Source of the DNA: Bacteriovoracaceae bacterium
GTDB taxonomy: Bacteria; Bdellovibrionota; Bacteriovoracia; Bacteriovoracales; Bacteriovoracaceae
Direction: 5' to 3'
Length of the DNA stretch: 64,000 bases
Assembly: GCA_048270185.1 (NCBI GenBank)
Contig: JBLWTJ010000001.1
Coordinates: 1,696,001-1,760,000 of the forward strand
The notes under the pieces were generated by a model. That model did no database searches. It saw only the letters and a program-made list of their open reading frames with translations, and was not told where the DNA came from. The stretch's first letter is position 1. Every line of letters begins with the position of its first letter. Below are positions 59,942 through 64,000 of the stretch, piece by piece. Position numbers and translations under genes: made by a program.

Positions 59942-61393
59942 TTAAATACCCATCCTACGTGCTTCAGAACCAGCTAAGATTGTATAAACCTTCATATGGT
60001 CTAGGTCAGTTTTCACGCTATCTTGAGGTGCAATCTCTTTAATGTAGGCAGTTGAGTACTTACCTTCAGTAAATGTTTGCTCTTTCATAATCTCTTTTAG
60101 TAGAGGTAGGTTTGTTTTAAGACCTTCAATGAAAAGACCATCAAGTGCTGCTCTCATTTTTCTAACTGCAACGTCTCTTACAATACCCTTACATACTAAC
60201 TTACCAACCATTGGATCGAAGTCAGGTGTTACTTCTAGGCCCTTATATAAGCAGTGATCAAAACGTGTTCCTTGTGGGAAGTTCGTTTCAAAACCAGTTA
60301 CAAGTCCTGGAGCTGGAAGCATTGTTTTAGGGTCTTCAGCACAGATACGACATTCAATGGCGTGACCTGATCTTCTAATAAATTCTTGAGAAGGAATTCC
60401 TAACTCATCACCAAAAGCAGCTTGAATCATACAAACAATTAAGTCCATTCCTGTAATTTCTTCTGTAATTGGGTGTTCGACCTGAATACGAGTGTTCATT
60501 TCTAGGAAGTAAAATTGCTTATCTTCACCCATGATAAATTCAACAGTACCTGCTGAATCATAATCAACGGCTTTAGATAATTTCACAGCAGTTTCACAAA
60601 CTCTTTGACGAAGTTCTTCATCCGAACCAATGAATGGCGATGGAGCTTCTTCTATAATCTTTTGGTGTCTTCTTTGAACAGAACATTCTCTTTCAAAAAA
60701 GTGGAAAGTATTACCTTTCTTGTCTGCTAGAATTTGAACTTCAATATGTCTCGGATTAACAATAAGTTTCTCAACCAGTAGGTCACCATTATTGAATGCT
60801 GCCATTGACTCACGTCCAACGGCTTCAAATTGATCGCGAACTTCTTGCTCATTTTCACAAGCACGCATACCACGACCACCACCGCCGGCAACTGCCTTTA
60901 GTAGAACAGGGTAACCAATTTTATTTGCAATCTCAACTGCTTCAGCAACTGTAGGTACCGCATGATCTGTTCCAGGAACAGTTGGGACACCTGCATCGTT
61001 AGCAAGCTTCTTTGAAGTTGCCTTATCGCCCATTACCTTGATTGCTTCAACGTGTGGACCAATGAATACGATTCCAGCATCTGCAAGAGCGTTAGCAAAT
61101 GTAGCGTTCTCAGAAAGGAAACCATAACCAGGGTGAACACCATCAGCTTTTACTTCTTTTGCAAGAGCAACAAGTTTTTCAACGTTTAGGTATGTTTCTG
61201 CGTTTGTTGAACCTTTTAGGTAAATCCACTCATCACAAAATTGAAGGTGAGTTCCCTGTGGCTCGTTATCAGTATAGATACCAATTGCAGTATGCCCAAG
61301 CTCACGACAAGCTTTAGCAACACGTGAAGCAATCTCCCCACGGTTAGCAATCAGTACTCTTCTATGCATGTTCTGTGGTTGTCTAATCATCAT
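59942..61393 (-). CDS. Biotin carboxylase subunit (propionyl/acetyl-CoA carboxylase alpha)
   Basis: ANRGEIA, HPGYGFLSEN, GGGGRGMR, EMNTRIQVEH. Confidence 0.95.
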   Translation of the reverse strand: MMIRQPQNMHRRVLIANRGEIASRVAKACRELGHTAIGIYTDNEPQGTHLQFCDEWIYLKGSTNAETYLNVEKLVALAKEVKADGVHPGYGFLSENATFANALADAGIVFIGPHVEAIKVMGDKATSKKLANDAGVPTVPGTDHAVPTVAEAVEIANKIGYPVLLKAVAGGGGRGMRACENEQEVRDQFEAVGRESMAAFNNGDLLVEKLIVNPRHIEVQILADKKGNTFHFFERECSVQRRHQKIIEEAPSPFIGSDEELRQRVCETAVKLSKAVDYDSAGTVEFIMGEDKQFYFLEMNTRIQVEHPITEEITGMDLIVCMIQAAFGDELGIPSQEFIRRSGHAIECRICAEDPKTMLPAPGLVTGFETNFPQGTRFDHCLYKGLEVTPDFDPMVGKLVCKGIVRDVAVRKMRAALDGLFIEGLKTNLPLLKEIMKEQTFTEGKYSTAYIKEIAPQDSVKTDLDHMKVYTILAGSEARRMGI

Positions 61394-62964
61394 AACTGAA
61401 TATTCCCGTGTTTACGTTTTGGACGATCAACGTTCTTATCTTTAAGTACTTTTAGATATTCATATAGACGCTTTCTTGTTTCTTCAGGAAGAATTACAGC
61501 ATCAATATAACCTCTTTCAGCAGCAACATATGGGTTAGCAAAGTTATTTTCATAATTTGCAACTAGCTCTGCTTTCTTCTTATCGTATTCAGCACCCTCT
61601 AGTCCCTTCAGTTCATTTCTGAAAACGATATTAACCGCACCTTCGGCACCCATAACTGCAATCTCACCAGTTGGGTAAGCAAGGTTAACATCAGCTCTAA
61701 TATGCTTAGATGCCATAACGTCGTATGCACCACCGTATGATTTTCTTGTAATTAGAGTAATTAATGGAACAGTTGCTTCTGCGTATGCGTAAAGTAGTTT
61801 TGATCCATGCTTAATGATCCCACCGTACTCTTGAACTGTACCAGGTAAGAAACCAGGAACATCAACAAGTGAAATGATTGGAATATCAAATGAATCACAG
61901 AATCTAATAAAGCGTGCAGCCTTACAAGAAGAATCAATATCAAGAACACCAGCTAATACTTCTGGTTGGTTCGCTACGATACCAATTTTAATTCCACCAA
62001 TTGATGCAAATCCAACGATAATATTTCTAGCGTAGTCTTTATGCACTTCTAGGAAGTGGCCATCATCAACGATATCAAGAATTACTTCTTTCATATCATA
62101 TGGCTTCTTAGGATTACCTGGAACAACTTCTTTTAACTTCTTATTATCTCTGTAAACAGGATCTGACGTATATTTTGCTTCCTGTTTTCTAAAGTTTGAA
62201 GCAGGAAGATAGCTCAATAACTCTCTTACTCTTTCAAATGTTTCATCTTCGTCTTTACATTTAAACTGACATACACCAGATTTCTCAGAGTGAGCAGCTG
62301 CTCCACCTAGATCTTCTTTTGTTACTTCTTCGTGAGTTACAGTCTTGATAACATCTGGACCAGTAACAAACATGTATGATGATTTATCTACCATAAAGAT
62401 AAAGTCAGTTACTGCTGGAGAATAAACAGCTCCACCAGCTGATGGTCCCATGATTAATGAAATCTGAGGAATAACACCTGAAGCTTTAACGTTTCTATAG
62501 AAGATTTCAGCGTATCCACCAAGGGCATCAACACCTTCTTGAATACGTGCTCCACCTGAGTCTTGAATACCAATAACTGGAATTCTATTATCAAGTGCAA
62601 AGTCCATAATCTTACAAATTTTTCTAGCGTGAGCTTCACCAAGAGCTCCACCCCAGCAAGTAAAATCCTGAGAGTAGACTGCAATTTTTTGTCCGTTAAT
62701 TTCTGCAATACCTGTAACAACACCATCACCATAGAACTTCTTAATTTCCATTCCAAAGTTAACACAACGGTGAGTAACAAATTTATCAAATTCGATAAAT
62801 GTACCTGGATCAATTAATCTTTCGATTCTTTCTCTCGCAGTATACTTTCCTTGATCGTGTTGTTTTGCGATTCTCGCTTCTCCACCACCAAGCTCTGCTT
62901 CAGCTCTTCTTTCTAGTAATAGAGCTCTTTTTTGCTCTAATATATTTTCACTGGTTGTTGACAT
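61390..62964 (-). CDS. pccB: Propionyl-CoA carboxylase beta chain (carboxyltransferase)
   Basis: SGGARIQEG, GGAVYSPA, DVPGFLPG, KHGNI; ATG 62964 after GGAGGG. Confidence 0.92.
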   Translation of the reverse strand: MSTTSENILEQKRALLLERRAEAELGGGEARIAKQHDQGKYTARERIERLIDPGTFIEFDKFVTHRCVNFGMEIKKFYGDGVVTGIAEINGQKIAVYSQDFTCWGGALGEAHARKICKIMDFALDNRIPVIGIQDSGGARIQEGVDALGGYAEIFYRNVKASGVIPQISLIMGPSAGGAVYSPAVTDFIFMVDKSSYMFVTGPDVIKTVTHEEVTKEDLGGAAAHSEKSGVCQFKCKDEDETFERVRELLSYLPASNFRKQEAKYTSDPVYRDNKKLKEVVPGNPKKPYDMKEVILDIVDDGHFLEVHKDYARNIIVGFASIGGIKIGIVANQPEVLAGVLDIDSSCKAARFIRFCDSFDIPIISLVDVPGFLPGTVQEYGGIIKHGSKLLYAYAEATVPLITLITRKSYGGAYDVMASKHIRADVNLAYPTGEIAVMGAEGAVNIVFRNELKGLEGAEYDKKKAELVANYENNFANPYVAAERGYIDAVILPEETRKRLYEYLKVLKDKNVDRPKRKHGNIQL

Positions 62965-63031
62965 ACATCCCTCCACCAAGTTCTTAAAACTGTATGTAAT
63001 TAATTATGCGAGAATACTACACCTTTAAAGG

Positions 63032-63047
63032 TGCATTTGCCCAACCA
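63032..63047 (-). promoter_or_regulatory. Candidate sigma54 -24/-12 promoter for the pcc-hflKC operon
   Basis: TGG-TTGGGCAAAT-GCA (GG-N10-GC); IHF-like site at 63070-63082. Confidence 0.35.
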
Positions 63048-63097
63048 CATTGCGTTAATAAAAGAGTATTAAGTTACTGAAATTATAGGAATATAAA

Positions 63098-63121
63098 TAA
63101 AAAGGCCCTCGTAGAGGGCCC
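63098..63121 (-). terminator. Intrinsic terminator
   Basis: GGCCCTC-tac-GAGGGCC followed by a T-run on the minus strand. Confidence 0.8.
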
Positions 63122-63145
63122 AAAAGTGTCTATCTTAGTTTTTGA

Positions 63146-64000
63146 CTATTCATTAGCTGCTTTTGCACGTTTATCAAGGCCGTACTTATCGACCTTCATG
63201 ATAAGACTAGCGCGTGACATTCCTAGCTCTTTAGCTAGTTTTGACTTATTGAAGTTACATCTCTTAAGTCCTTCGCGAATCATTATAATTTCGAGTTCCA
63301 TAAGAGCGTCTTTAAGTTTACCTGCAGTATTTACTCCACGAGTAGTCTCAACTGGAGCTGCTCCATGATCGAGAACCTGTGGGCTTAAATTGTCTGGTGT
63401 AATCGATTTTTCATCTCCAGCAAGAACAACTAATCTTTCAACTTCGTTTTCTAGCTGACGGACGTTACCTGGCCATGGATAATCAAGCATCTTCTCCATA
63501 CATTTTTTAGAGAATGACTTCATTGGCATTCCAGACTCGTCACACTTCTTCTTAAGGAAATGCTCCATTAGAACAGGAATATCTTCTTTCCTATCTCTTA
63601 GAGGAGGAAGATTTACGTTAAGAACGTTAATTCTATAGTAAAGGTCTTCTCTGAATTCACCTTTGGCCATCATTGTTTTCAAGTCTTTATTTGTCGCTGC
63701 AATTATTCTTACATCAGTTCTTCTTGGAGCATCTGCACCAACAGGAAGATATGTACCTTCTTGAAGAACACGTAGAAGTTTTACCTGCATTGAAAGTGAA
63801 GTATCCCCGATCTCGTCAAGAAATAATGTTCCACCATTTGCTAGTTCAAATAGACCCGACTTCTCTTTATGAGCACCCGTAAATGAACCCTTAACGTGAC
63901 CAAATAGCTCTGAATCCAATAAGTTCTCGTTAAATGCAGAACAGTTAACAGCTAGAAATTGTGCATCTTTACGAGGAGAAGCAAAGTGAACTGCTTTAGC
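63146..64000 (-). CDS. Sigma54-dependent Fis-family activator, 5' end outside the window
   Basis: Frame open to the window end; [35 protein letters not shown]-terminal HTH. Confidence 0.95.
   Translation of the reverse strand, partial: AKAVHFASPRKDAQFLAVNCSAFNENLLDSELFGHVKGSFTGAHKEKSGLFELANGGTLFLDEIGDTSLSMQVKLLRVLQEGTYLPVGADAPRRTDVRIIAATNKDLKTMMAKGEFREDLYYRINVLNVNLPPLRDRKEDIPVLMEHFLKKKCDESGMPMKSFSKKCMEKMLDYPWPGNVRQLENEVERLVVLAGDEKSITPDNLSPQVLDHGAAPVETTRGVNTAGKLKDALMELEIIMIREGLKRCNFNKSKLAKELGMSRASLIMKVDKYGLDKRAKAANE

Overview
AT-rich bacterial chromosome segment. I infer a predatory Bdellovibrionota host (Halobacteriovorax/Bacteriovorax-like) from the RomR-like regulator and the TadC-DUF192-FHA/TPR cluster. 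Most of the window is core genome: rimO, a lytic transglycosylase, lolA, smc, rdgB-rph, birA, nagZ, mreB, amn, grpE-dnaK-dnaJ, hemW, scpA-meaB, hflKC and propionyl-CoA carboxylase genes. The main accessory feature is an ~8.9 kb element (14666-23585) integrated at the 3' end of tRNA-Pro(TGG) and bounded by an exact 24-bp direct repeat. Its backbone is a tyrosine integrase, two excisionase-like HTH proteins, a Rep_trans-type initiator and a small-terminase-like protein, which suggests a phage satellite. Its cargo looks defensive: a lone EVE-like/PD-(D/E)xK nuclease under an XRE regulator with a palindromic operator, and an ABC-type DUF3696-like ATPase paired with an unknown effector. Directly upstream of the ATPase is a complete mini transcription unit absent from the ORF track: a sigma28-type promoter, a GGAGG RBS, a 38-aa strongly acidic peptide and an intrinsic terminator. 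Two more genes fall below the track's size cut-off: a 58-aa Xis-like gene and a 34-aa basic protein resembling ribosomal protein bS22/mS38. All family assignments come from motif recognition by eye; no searches were run.
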